A stretch of 64,000 nucleotides of DNA. Origin: an uncultured archaeon. GTDB taxonomy: Archaea; Asgardarchaeota; Thorarchaeia; Thorarchaeales; Thorarchaeaceae. The DNA is taken from positions 1-64,000 of the forward strand of contig CAZLEV010000009.1 in assembly GCA_964558645.1 (NCBI GenBank). The letters run 5' to 3'. Shown one piece after another: positions 19,891 through 28,927 of this stretch. A program made the position numbers and the translations under genes. The notes under the pieces were generated by a model. It worked only from the letters and a program-made list of their open reading frames with translations, made no database searches and was not told the DNA's origin. Positions within the stretch are counted from its first letter, which is position 1. The number at the start of each line of letters is the position of its first letter.

Positions 19891-20301
19891 ATGCCTAAAT
19901 CCAGAACACAAATCAATCTCGTGGTTTTACAAGTGATAGCAAATACTCTGCTAGCCACTCTTTACCTCTTCGGCCTTTCTGATCTTACGTCCACCGTTGC
20001 CTTGTCTGTTCCGGTCAATATACCTATACTCGTGGCTCTCATCAAGTCCTCAAACGGAGGAAAGGATGACGATGAGGATAATCCGCTTCTAATTTCAGGT
20101 ATTCCCCCTCCCAAGTTTCCTGTCAAAGTCGAGGGCAAGAGAGTTATGGGCAACCTTGTAAAACATGCCAGACTGAATGTACCTGTTGAGATGATGGCTA
20201 TGGGCCCTAGAAGCAGTGTTCGAATGAATCCAGCCTATCATTATGTTCAAGTTGAGTTTGCAACCCATGCAGGGCTCTATCGTGTACCCAAACGAAGATG
20301 A
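19891..20301 (+). CDS. Small protein with two N-terminal TM segments
   Basis: 136 aa. TTTAAG box ~25 nt upstream suggests a leaderless transcript. Confidence 0.65.
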   Translation: MPKSRTQINLVVLQVIANTLLATLYLFGLSDLTSTVALSVPVNIPILVALIKSSNGGKDDDEDNPLLISGIPPPKFPVKVEGKRVMGNLVKHARLNVPVEMMAMGPRSSVRMNPAYHYVQVEFATHAGLYRVPKRR

Positions 20302-20476
20302 TTGATGAGTCAATCTCTTACATTATCCGAAGTTCTAAATCACAATTGTCTTACTTGGAGGTGCAACCCCGAAGTGTCAATCTGTCCCCACCTTGCCAAC
20401 CGAGTCCAATCGCGATCTATCATAATCGGTCTAGGTATCGCTTAAGCTATCGTGTTCGGACATAACGGTTTGTATT

Positions 20477-21022
20477 TCAGTAGAAACCGAGTTCAGCGTG
20501 TTCGACGAGCCTCCAGATATACTGTCGAAGAGCAGGAGATACATGCTCAGGATACTCTGGTTCTCCCCCCTGCACTAATCGGATTGGGAATCCAAGCCGC
20601 TCGAACTCCTCAGCCGCTCTCTCAAACTGAGCTAGCCTACACTAAAACCCAAGCCCCATGGTAGACAACACCTCGTATCCGTAGGCAGTCAGCCACAGTG
20701 GTCTGAGATCTATGCCCATCTTCCATCGGAGGGCATCTTTGGATTTCACCCTGTCAGGGTCATTGGTCCGAAGGGTCAGCCCCTGCATCTCCTTGGCACG
20801 CAGTTCAAGGGTCCGACTCGCCCTTCTTGTCAGTTCTGTAACAGGTGTTCTGAAGAACCGCTCAACATCTATGCCGATGGTTGTTCCGCCCCGATCTATC
20901 TGTTGGCAGACTCTTACCTCGATGCCTCTTCGGAGAAACTGATACCTATCTACTTCTAGAGATGGGCGATGGGGGTCTGGGAAACGCCGAAAGGACACTC
21001 TTAGCAGGCTCAGCACATGCAA
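20477..21022 (-). pseudogene. C-terminal remnant of a Thorarchaeota-type LRR-family protein with an in-frame TAG (20642-20644)
   Basis: IDLRPLWLTAYGYEVLSTMGLGF*CRLAQFERAAEEFERLGFPI...SPALRQYIWRLVEH. The frame stays open 54 codons past the TAG. Family recognised from memory. Confidence 0.6.
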
Positions 21023-21084
21023 TACATGGCTCCGTTAGCCGCACAGGACACAGAAGGATATAGCCGGCCAATACTCCTTGCGTC

Positions 21085-22452
21085 TTATTCGTGCGGCCAT
21101 TCTAAGTACCCCGCAATACATGTCAACCCTATACCGAGAATCACGAGAAATCCCGTAAGAACCAAACGCAGATTGGGGTGGAGTATCTCCTCAAGAAGAG
21201 AAGACAACAGGTTTATCCCAAGACCAGCCACAAATGTTGCTAGGCCCGTTACCAGAATGACAAGATTCCGGTTCGGGGAGCTACTCTCTAGGGGTATGGC
21301 TTCAGCCACTGGGGTGGTATGCATGTATCGTATGCCGCTGTCGGGGTCCCGCTCATATTGCCTCAGTGTTCTCTCAACATGTTCGAGAAATCGTCTGGAA
21401 GAACCAAGTTCGGAAGTACCACCTGCCTAACGACCGGAGAGTTCTGCGCGGAAATGACCACGCTTACGCTCAAGAGTCAGTCTGAGGAACATCTCCGGGG
21501 TTTCATCTCTGGTTGACCGCCTGAGCAGCGCACCGGCATTCCACATCGGGCCCTCATTCCACACTGCCAGTACTTCTAGATCAAAGAGATTGGAGAGGCG
21601 ACCGATGATATCTGACTTTGTTGAGCTGTCCGTCCACGGTGAAACTGGGTTCGGTGGTCTGCAGGTGAGTTCGTCCCATCTGTTTCTAGCCCATTCGGGT
21701 TCCATATGACAAGCATAGGGGAATACTAGTGTGTCTTTCACAGGTATGTATATGCCTGCGGCCTTGAGGAATTCCAACAGAGCCTTCACATCGCTGCCCT
21801 TGACGTCATAGGAGATTGTCTGACCATAGGAGTCTCTGGCGCTGAACTGCAACCCTTCTGGAATCATCGATTCGAGTTTTTCAGGCTCGATTCTACCCGA
21901 ATTCTCATCTGCAACCTTTTGTAGCCGATAGATGCATTTGCTAGCAAGATCTGCATTCAGAAGGACCACTGATTCCGCATCATTTGGAGCTTGGGGAATT
22001 GCAGGAAGGTACAGCAGCTGCCCATGATGGTGCATTTCGTCGAGTATGCTTCCAAGACCGGCCTCTTCCAAGAGGGTTTCATCAATTCCCTCACGTATCT
22101 CCTCCTGAGTTCGTATGCCGAGGTCGTTCGGCCCCTGTGGTTCCATGGTGCGCATTCTCTGGACCACATCATCCCAGTGGTCAATCGCCATTGCAAAGTG
22201 AGGATTGGTCTGACGGACTATATGCGGGATGCTCTGACGTAGCTCGGATATGCCTGTGCAGTCTTTCGAGCTCAGCTCAAAGATTTCGTCATGGATTCTA
22301 GGGTCATCTACCACCGTCATGGCCAATCTCAGTGATTTCCTCGTGTTCTCCAACCACTGCTGCGCTTCCGGTTTGTCCAGATGAGTTATTACGCAGACGA
22401 ACCTACTTGAGGCGCCTCCATAGTCCAGTTCAGCCTCAAAACGCGGGTTCCA
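21085..22452 (-). pseudogene. Truncated Roco gene: partial Roc GTPase + COR domain + two C-terminal TM helices, with in-frame TAG at 21427-21429
   Basis: FVCVITHLDK (G4), FELSSKDCTGISEL (G5), COR-like LDEMHHHGQLLY...VVLLNADLASKCIYRL...LLEFLKAAGIY...LVFP. The frame continues through the TAG into ORF 21085-21324. No P-loop upstream. Confidence 0.75.
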
Positions 22453-23215
22453 TCAGGCCACCGTCAAGCCCCAGACATTCAGATGACCAGTCTGTTAGTT
22501 GGAACACGTGTTCTAAGTATCTGATACCGAATCATTGCAGAGAAAACAATTCTTCTGATAGACTTTAGCACTCGGAGAGTCAGTGATTTGCCGTTGTAAC
22601 AGCACAAGGAATTGGTGACACAGGTCGTTCAATTTGCATTGAGCGGTTTCTAGATAATCTGTTTCTTACAGTTTGGTGAGTGAACGTCACCTGCAAGAGA
22701 CTTCTGCGTTCCACCCCTCCCCTGCCAGTGTCGCCACTCCCGGACACCCAGAGGATGGCCGAGTCAGCAGGGGCATCGTCCGTGATCATGGGGATGGTAT
22801 CCCTCCCGCGGACCGGGTCTCCTCCTCCTGTGCTTGCGCCGGGGCATCACTCCCGGCCACAACAAGGCCTTCCGCAGTTTTTTCCACGGCGGGATCGTCA
22901 TCACCCATCTCGACCTCGTCGCCGAAGTCAAGAAGACTCGCTTGAGCATGGTGAACAGCCGCGGACTCTCCGGGACCTGATGCAGTCCCGTTTGTGGAGA
23001 GTAAGGACCTCCGTCGAGAAGTAGACTTCCCTCAGGTCTTCGGCCGCGAGCTCCGTGCTGTTGCACTGGCCCACTTACCTAGTCCAGAATTGAGTCTGGC
23101 TACGGGTATTTATTCTCCTATGAGATGTAGACTGTGAATGAATAGGGGGAATCTGACAGAAATATGACACTTTTGTTGGACACTTTAACTAGAAAACGAG
23201 GGGGATTGCTTCTTT

Positions 23216-24763
23216 CTAGAGTGGAATGTTTCCGTGTTTCTTTGCTGGACGACTCTGCCTCTTTGTAGCCAGTACATCCAAGCCTTTGCATATCATGAGA
23301 CGGGTTTCATGCGGGAAGATGACTTTGTCTATGTAGCCGAGGCCTGCAGCCACATACGGATTTGCGAATTTTTCTCGATATTCCTCGACAAGTTCTGCAC
23401 GCTTGGCCTCTGGATCGTCAGCTGCAGCAATCTCTTTCCTGAATATGATATTGCAGGCTCCCTGAGGACCCATTACAGCTATCTCGGCACCTGGCCAAGC
23501 GAAAACAAGATCTGCGCCGATGTTACGAGATGCCATAACATCAAAGGCACCGCCATATCCCTTCCTCGTTATGACTGTGATCATCGGCACTGTGGCCTCT
23601 GCAAAAGCGTACAGAATCTTGGCTCCATGACGAATGATTCCGCCCCATTCCTGTTCTGTACCAGGTAGATACCCCGGAACGTCCATGAATGTGATTATCG
23701 GGATGTTGAAAGCATCACAAAACCGAACAAACCTAGCACATTTGTCTGAGGCATTGATATCCAGAGTCCCTGCAAGGTGAGCAGGATTATTCCCCACGAT
23801 CCCGACCGATCGCCCATCGAATCGAGCAAATCCTACAAGCATGTTCTTTGCCCAGTGTTCATGTACCTCAAAGAACTCGCCATTGTCTGCCAGCTTGGTG
23901 ACTACGTCCCGCATATCATACGGTCGATTGGGATCACTGGGCACAATCTCATCGATTGATTCATCATAGTCATCAGGGGGATGACCCGTGTCCACTCGCG
24001 GAGGATCCGACATGTTGTTATCCGGGATGTAGCTGATTAGACGTCTGATCTGTTCAAAGCAGTGTCCTTCATCTTCGCTGGCGAAGTGGGCCACACCGCT
24101 TCGTGATGCGTGGGTCATAGCCCCTCCTAGTTCCTCGAATGTAACCTTCTCACCGGTCACAGTCTCAATCACATCAGGGCCAGTGATAAACATGTGAGCG
24201 ATCCCCTTCACCATGAGTGTGAAATCGGTGACTGCCGGACTATACACGGCACCTCCCGCACACGGCCCCATTATGGCAGAAATCTGTGGAATGACACCAC
24301 TGGCGTGAGTATTCAGTCTGAATACATCACAGTAAGCAACAAGGCTCTTGATTCCTTCTTGCACCCTTGCCCCGGCACCCGAGTTCAGGCCAACCACAGG
24401 GGCACCGGCCTCCATGGCTAGTTCCATAATCTTCACGATTTTTGCGCCATACATCTCTGAAAGCGAACCACCAAAGACTGTGAAGTCCTGACTGAAGATG
24501 AAGACCTTTCGACCGTTTATTGTTCCGTAGCCGGTGATCACGCCTTCTCCAAGAATCTTCTTCTCTTCCATTCCAAAGCTGGTCTCTCGGTGTACAACGA
24601 ACTCGTCTATCTCTACAAATGAATCCGAGTCAAGCAATCTGTCAATGCGTTCTCTTGCTGTCAGGCGACCGCGTTCATGCTCCCGCTGAATACGTTTTTC
24701 GCCTCCAGCCATCTTCGCCTCTTGACGCAGTTCCTCCAATTTTCTGAAGTTCTCTCGGGACAT
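23216..24763 (-). CDS. pccB: Acyl-CoA (propionyl/methylmalonyl-CoA) carboxyltransferase beta subunit
   Basis: GRLTARERI, QDFTVFGGSL, GARVQEG, GPCAGGAVYSPA, PAKKHGNIPL. ATG 24763 follows a GAGGTG SD. Confidence 0.95.
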   Translation of the reverse strand: MSRENFRKLEELRQEAKMAGGEKRIQREHERGRLTARERIDRLLDSDSFVEIDEFVVHRETSFGMEEKKILGEGVITGYGTINGRKVFIFSQDFTVFGGSLSEMYGAKIVKIMELAMEAGAPVVGLNSGAGARVQEGIKSLVAYCDVFRLNTHASGVIPQISAIMGPCAGGAVYSPAVTDFTLMVKGIAHMFITGPDVIETVTGEKVTFEELGGAMTHASRSGVAHFASEDEGHCFEQIRRLISYIPDNNMSDPPRVDTGHPPDDYDESIDEIVPSDPNRPYDMRDVVTKLADNGEFFEVHEHWAKNMLVGFARFDGRSVGIVGNNPAHLAGTLDINASDKCARFVRFCDAFNIPIITFMDVPGYLPGTEQEWGGIIRHGAKILYAFAEATVPMITVITRKGYGGAFDVMASRNIGADLVFAWPGAEIAVMGPQGACNIIFRKEIAAADDPEAKRAELVEEYREKFANPYVAAGLGYIDKVIFPHETRLMICKGLDVLATKRQSRPAKKHGNIPL

Positions 24764-25028
24764 AGGACACACCTCGCTTACCACCAGCTGTCAAGATGAT
24801 GGTGATTTGAATCTTCGGTTCATCTCTCGAAGGGCTTTATCATTATTCCGACAAGAGGTTTCATACAGTACTGCTTGTTGAAATCACCATTTCTCACTTA
24901 GAAACTCAATCTTCAAACTCAAGATTCTGCCTCATCGAAGAAACCCGATGGGTACGGTCTTTGTCAGATTGCAACTCTTAAGAAGGAAGAAATGTATCCA
25001 GAGGACAAACCGCCTCCGAGGTGAAACT

Positions 25029-25598
25029 ATGCCTTTCACTCCATTTCACTATCCTGTTGCATACCTGCTCAAGAATGCCGACAGGAGGCTCTCGCTTCCC
25101 GCTCTTGCAGTCGGGTCTGTTATGCCAGATATTGAGGTGCCGTTGATGTGGATTCTGTTTCCCGGGTTTCAGTACGATCATCTGCTTCTACATAGTATCG
25201 TGGGGGCCATGACAGTCGGACTGGCTTCAGTCCTTTTCGCCACAATCTTCATCTATCCACGTCTGGTGAGTACTCTGTTCGGACTGGACAAGGAATCAAT
25301 AGCCAAAGAGTGTCAAGCATCAAGAATCGTGGTTCTCTCGGCTGTGCTTGGGCTTATGGGTCACCTTCTACTGGATATAACAATGCACTGGTACAATCCG
25401 CTGTTGTGGCCGTGGATTGAGCCAACTGCTATCGTAGGACCACTCGTGAGCCTCTTTGCCTTCGATGGTAACATAGAGGTCACGGGATTCATGATAGCAA
25501 ACATACTCGTGAACGCGGTGATGATATTGCTCTTTTTTGTGGTGATTGCACGAGAGTGTGGTGGAGATACATGGCAAAGGCTCTGGGTTGAGGGGTAG
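25029..25598 (+). CDS. DUF4184-like membrane protein (putative metal-dependent hydrolase)
   Basis: MPFTPFH...VGSVMPDIE...HS...GHLLLDITMH. Confidence 0.8.
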   Translation: MPFTPFHYPVAYLLKNADRRLSLPALAVGSVMPDIEVPLMWILFPGFQYDHLLLHSIVGAMTVGLASVLFATIFIYPRLVSTLFGLDKESIAKECQASRIVVLSAVLGLMGHLLLDITMHWYNPLLWPWIEPTAIVGPLVSLFAFDGNIEVTGFMIANILVNAVMILLFFVVIARECGGDTWQRLWVEG

Positions 25599-25615
25599 AC
25601 AGACCTTTGTGCGTA

Positions 25616-26137
25616 CTAATTATCCCCAGTTACAGTTTGCTTCTTCCTTCTTCCTACGACTGTATATATGGCGGCAATCAGAAGTGTCCCCAATGCAAGA
25701 GTGCCGATTGGAGGAACATAAACGCGCACTCCCTGTTCCAGCTGGTTCTCAACCCAAGTTTCAGAGGAGATCCACTGAGAGCTCTGTGACAGAATCACGT
25801 AGAAGAGCTCCGGCAATGGACCCGTAAGAACATACTCGCCTGACTTCCCAGTAGTCTTTCCCAAGTAGTTGACTGGCTCACCACCGGCGGTCAGATTATA
25901 CTGGCTTTGGGCAACAACCCAGATGGTGACCCCCACATCCTCAGCCATCCAGTAGAAGGAATGAATCTCGCCAGCTGCAGTTTCTGCGTTAAACCAGAGA
26001 ACCTCGTACGCCCCAGCATCCAATAATCTCCTGCTGCTGCCGTGCTTCGATGCCGAAACTGGAATAGCCATGGACGACAGAAGAACCGATGCAACCAACA
26101 ACGCGAGGGACATACTGGTTCTGCGCATCATAACCAC
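25616..26137 (-). CDS. Exported protein with signal peptide and C-terminal TM anchor
   Basis: N-terminal hydrophobic signal. C-terminal TM followed by RRKK. Confidence 0.75.
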   Translation of the reverse strand: MVMMRRTSMSLALLVASVLLSSMAIPVSASKHGSSRRLLDAGAYEVLWFNAETAAGEIHSFYWMAEDVGVTIWVVAQSQYNLTAGGEPVNYLGKTTGKSGEYVLTGPLPELFYVILSQSSQWISSETWVENQLEQGVRVYVPPIGTLALGTLLIAAIYTVVGRRKKQTVTGDN

Positions 26138-26236
26138 AACACTCTAGGATTCTCTTCCCTCCCTTAACAAATATCACGATTTCGTTCAGTGAGAAGTCTT
26201 GTGTCCCTTCTTAGTTGAAGGCCTGTCCCAGATGAT

Positions 26237-27091
26237 TCACGAGAGGTACTTCTCTACATAGGACGTCTTAACAACAGAAGCAACATCTGGGAAGTCGCTT
26301 AGCTCCTCCAGACTCAGGCTGCGAAGGTCCTTGCCAAGATTTGCAGATTCGCGGTCAATCCAGTGCTCGCGTTCGGCTCTAGCCAGAACTGAGGCCGAAG
26401 CGACAGCCATCTCATCTTCAGCTCGAGGGCGCTGAACCACCTCAATCTTCTCAGAAGCAATCACGCGAGATAGGCGATATGCGGTCTTCCTCTTGGCGAA
26501 CTCGTCAATCACGATTCCTGAGATAGTGAGTCCCTTCTTACCAAGATCTTTCGCAACGTCGCCTATGGCAGTCGCATGGCCCCACGCAAGCAGGTCGTTG
26601 AGATTCTTTCCCTCGTTCTTGAAAGTCGCGAACATCTCATTGAAGCGTGTAGGGCTGATGAGAACCACATTGAATGCCTCGGCCTCCTTTCTGATCCTCT
26701 TCTGGAGCATCTCGATTGTATCGAGGGATAGGGCCTTGCTATCCATAACCCCCCACGACCTCAGCCTCGCGGCAGTGTTTGTTTTCACTGCAACTGCAGC
26801 AATAACAAGAGGACCGAGCCATTCCCCCTTACCTGCTTCATCAGACCCTATCTTCAGTTCGTCTGACTCTGAGGAGTAGACAGACTGAACAGCCCGTTCC
26901 AGCAGCTCGTCCGTCATCCTATTGTTAGACAGAACTCGGCCGGTCTTGTAAGCGACGATAGTCCCTCCGGAGTATGCAATCCGATAGAGCTCGTGCTTGC
27001 TCTTTACGGCCATTCGGCTGCACGCATCATCCTCCAGCAGGGCACGTTCGAGCTCGCGAAGTCGATCCTTGTCAACACTCACTGTTCTCAT
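26237..27091 (-). CDS. rnhC: Ribonuclease HIII
   Basis: N-terminal TBP-like segment (TIVAYKTGRVL), IGSDEAGKGEWLGPLV, GVMDSK, IDEF, RAED, VASASVLAR. Confidence 0.88.
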   Translation of the reverse strand: MRTVSVDKDRLRELERALLEDDACSRMAVKSKHELYRIAYSGGTIVAYKTGRVLSNNRMTDELLERAVQSVYSSESDELKIGSDEAGKGEWLGPLVIAAVAVKTNTAARLRSWGVMDSKALSLDTIEMLQKRIRKEAEAFNVVLISPTRFNEMFATFKNEGKNLNDLLAWGHATAIGDVAKDLGKKGLTISGIVIDEFAKRKTAYRLSRVIASEKIEVVQRPRAEDEMAVASASVLARAEREHWIDRESANLGKDLRSLSLEELSDFPDVASVVKTSYVEKYLS

Positions 27092-27122
27092 GCTGTTCTC
27101 CTCTGACGCAACACTCACGACA

Positions 27123-27974
27123 CTACCCAAGATGAAAAGAATCTTGTCCCTTCAGCGATGCCCGAGATTGAGGGTCCATGGTAAGGCGCAGATGGGTCAC
27201 ATCGCCTACTCGTATCCTATGATGATTTCCAGATGAATCAATGACAATCAATGAACCATCATCCTCCAATGATCGGGCCTCTCCTCTTACTTCACCCTCT
27301 CGAGTCTCAATCTTGACCATTTGTCCTATCGTCGTCATTATCCTGCGGCTCTCTGCAACTACCGCTGAATATGATCGGTTCTTCTCCACTTCGTAGAGGA
27401 GTTCGTCAAGGTGACAGAGTACTGACTGAAGGACTGCGCCCACATCTGATTCGACACCCGTTTCGGTCACGACAGCAGTTGCCTTTTGTGACGCGTGCAT
27501 CAGTTCAGGACTAGGATCTGTATTCAGATTGATGCCTACGCCACAGACCACTTTGAACTCGTCCTCCTCTGTGGCAACCAGCTCACTCAGGACACCCGCT
27601 ACTTTTCTGCCAGACAGCATGACATCGTTCGGCCATTTGAAGCCTACATTGAGACCGGTGATCTCACCCAGTGCCCTGACCACGGCACATCCTGTAAGCA
27701 GACCAAGAAGAGGAGCCGTCTCTATCTCAAGCCGTGGTTCCAAGATGAACGACGCATAGAGACCTCCCTCGGGGGAGAGCCATTGCCGATTGTATCGTCC
27801 TCGCCCACGTGTCTGGGTCTTAGCGACCACCACCAGCCCCTCTTGAGTACCCCTACGAGCCAGTTCCTTTGCTATGTCATTTGTGGATGTTGTCAACTCC
27901 ATGATGGATATACTAGGCTGAAGAACCTTGAATCTGGTTCTGTCAATCTGCTCAGAGAGTTCATCCAACGTCAC
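27123..27974 (-). CDS. birA: Biotin--protein ligase
   Basis: STND, QTRGRGR, WLSPEGGLY, KWPNDV, KVAGVL, GVGIN. Confidence 0.95.
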   Translation of the reverse strand: MTLDELSEQIDRTRFKVLQPSISIMELTTSTNDIAKELARRGTQEGLVVVAKTQTRGRGRYNRQWLSPEGGLYASFILEPRLEIETAPLLGLLTGCAVVRALGEITGLNVGFKWPNDVMLSGRKVAGVLSELVATEEDEFKVVCGVGINLNTDPSPELMHASQKATAVVTETGVESDVGAVLQSVLCHLDELLYEVEKNRSYSAVVAESRRIMTTIGQMVKIETREGEVRGEARSLEDDGSLIVIDSSGNHHRIRVGDVTHLRLTMDPQSRASLKGQDSFHLG

Positions 27975-28085
27975 TGATGTTTCACAACCATGTCTATCCT
28001 TGAATAGAAGATTCTGGCAGATTCATAGTCACAAATAGCACTTATATTGGGTTTGTCAGGCTACCTTCTTACGCGAGGAAAACCA

Positions 28086-28916
28086 ATGACAAGTTTCGCA
28101 GGAGCAGTCATCCTGCCAGAGTTGCACAAGACTCTGGTCTTCAAGAATCGTGACATGAGAACCTCGGATCACGAGGACACGCTCTTCTATGATGTGGATT
28201 GCTTTGGTGTGAAGGGTATCGACGCAGTCACTGGTGAAACTGAAGGACTTGCAATAGGTGTCAACAGGTATGGATTGGCTGTCGCAAACACATATGTGAA
28301 GCATACGGACGATGCCTCATACCATGCCCTCACCGAACAGATACTCATGTTCGGGAAGGATGCCGAGGACGGTCTTCAGATGATTGTAGACCATCTCAAG
28401 TCAGGTAGACACTATCAATGGGGTAACCTCATACTGGCCGACAATGAAAGCACAATTGCCATAGAGATTGCAGGAGACCAACACAATATCGAGCGGTCTG
28501 AGAGAAAGGTCCTCCGAACCAATCATCACATCATGCTTGAAACAGAGGAGGAACTCCAAGAGCTCTACTCGCAAGACGGAAACACTACATATCATGACTC
28601 ACTAAAGCGTTTCGAGCGCGGCTACGACCTCATCAGAAGAGCCAGCAGTGTGCGAGAGGTCTTTGATATACTGAAGGATCACGGCTCGGAAAGAGGCTCT
28701 GCTAGTCTCTGCAAGCACGCTATGGCAGGTGAACGGTCATCCACAGTGATGAGCTACCTAGTGGAAATAGACCATGAACAGAACTCGGGCAGACCCAAAA
28801 TCATCTTCCATGCTGCAAAGAGCAACCCCTGTGAGTCCCCATATACATCGATTCCCCTAGTCTTCCCAGCAGACGAAGAAATCATGAAACGGGCCATGCA
28901 GATCTTCCCCAAGTGA
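28086..28916 (+). CDS. Ntn-hydrolase (peptidase C45-like) family protein
   Basis: TSFA...VFKNRD...GVNRYGLAVAN...NLILAD...RTNH. Confidence 0.75.
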   Translation: MTSFAGAVILPELHKTLVFKNRDMRTSDHEDTLFYDVDCFGVKGIDAVTGETEGLAIGVNRYGLAVANTYVKHTDDASYHALTEQILMFGKDAEDGLQMIVDHLKSGRHYQWGNLILADNESTIAIEIAGDQHNIERSERKVLRTNHHIMLETEEELQELYSQDGNTTYHDSLKRFERGYDLIRRASSVREVFDILKDHGSERGSASLCKHAMAGERSSTVMSYLVEIDHEQNSGRPKIIFHAAKSNPCESPYTSIPLVFPADEEIMKRAMQIFPK

Positions 28917-28927
28917 TGGTCGATTGA

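Noticed and set aside
19692-19898. 68-aa ORF bridging the protease and the 2-TM gene
   Set aside because: TTG start and no motif; it contains the likely promoter of the downstream gene, so coding status is unsupported
22580-23075. GC-rich stretch with several overlapping short ORFs
   Set aside because: Looks like a degenerate gene fragment, but no frame gives a recognisable family
23100-23215. Possible att/dif site at the island boundary (imperfect inverted repeat ~23112-23152)
   Set aside because: No tRNA, integrase or matching repeat found in the window; may be a terminator
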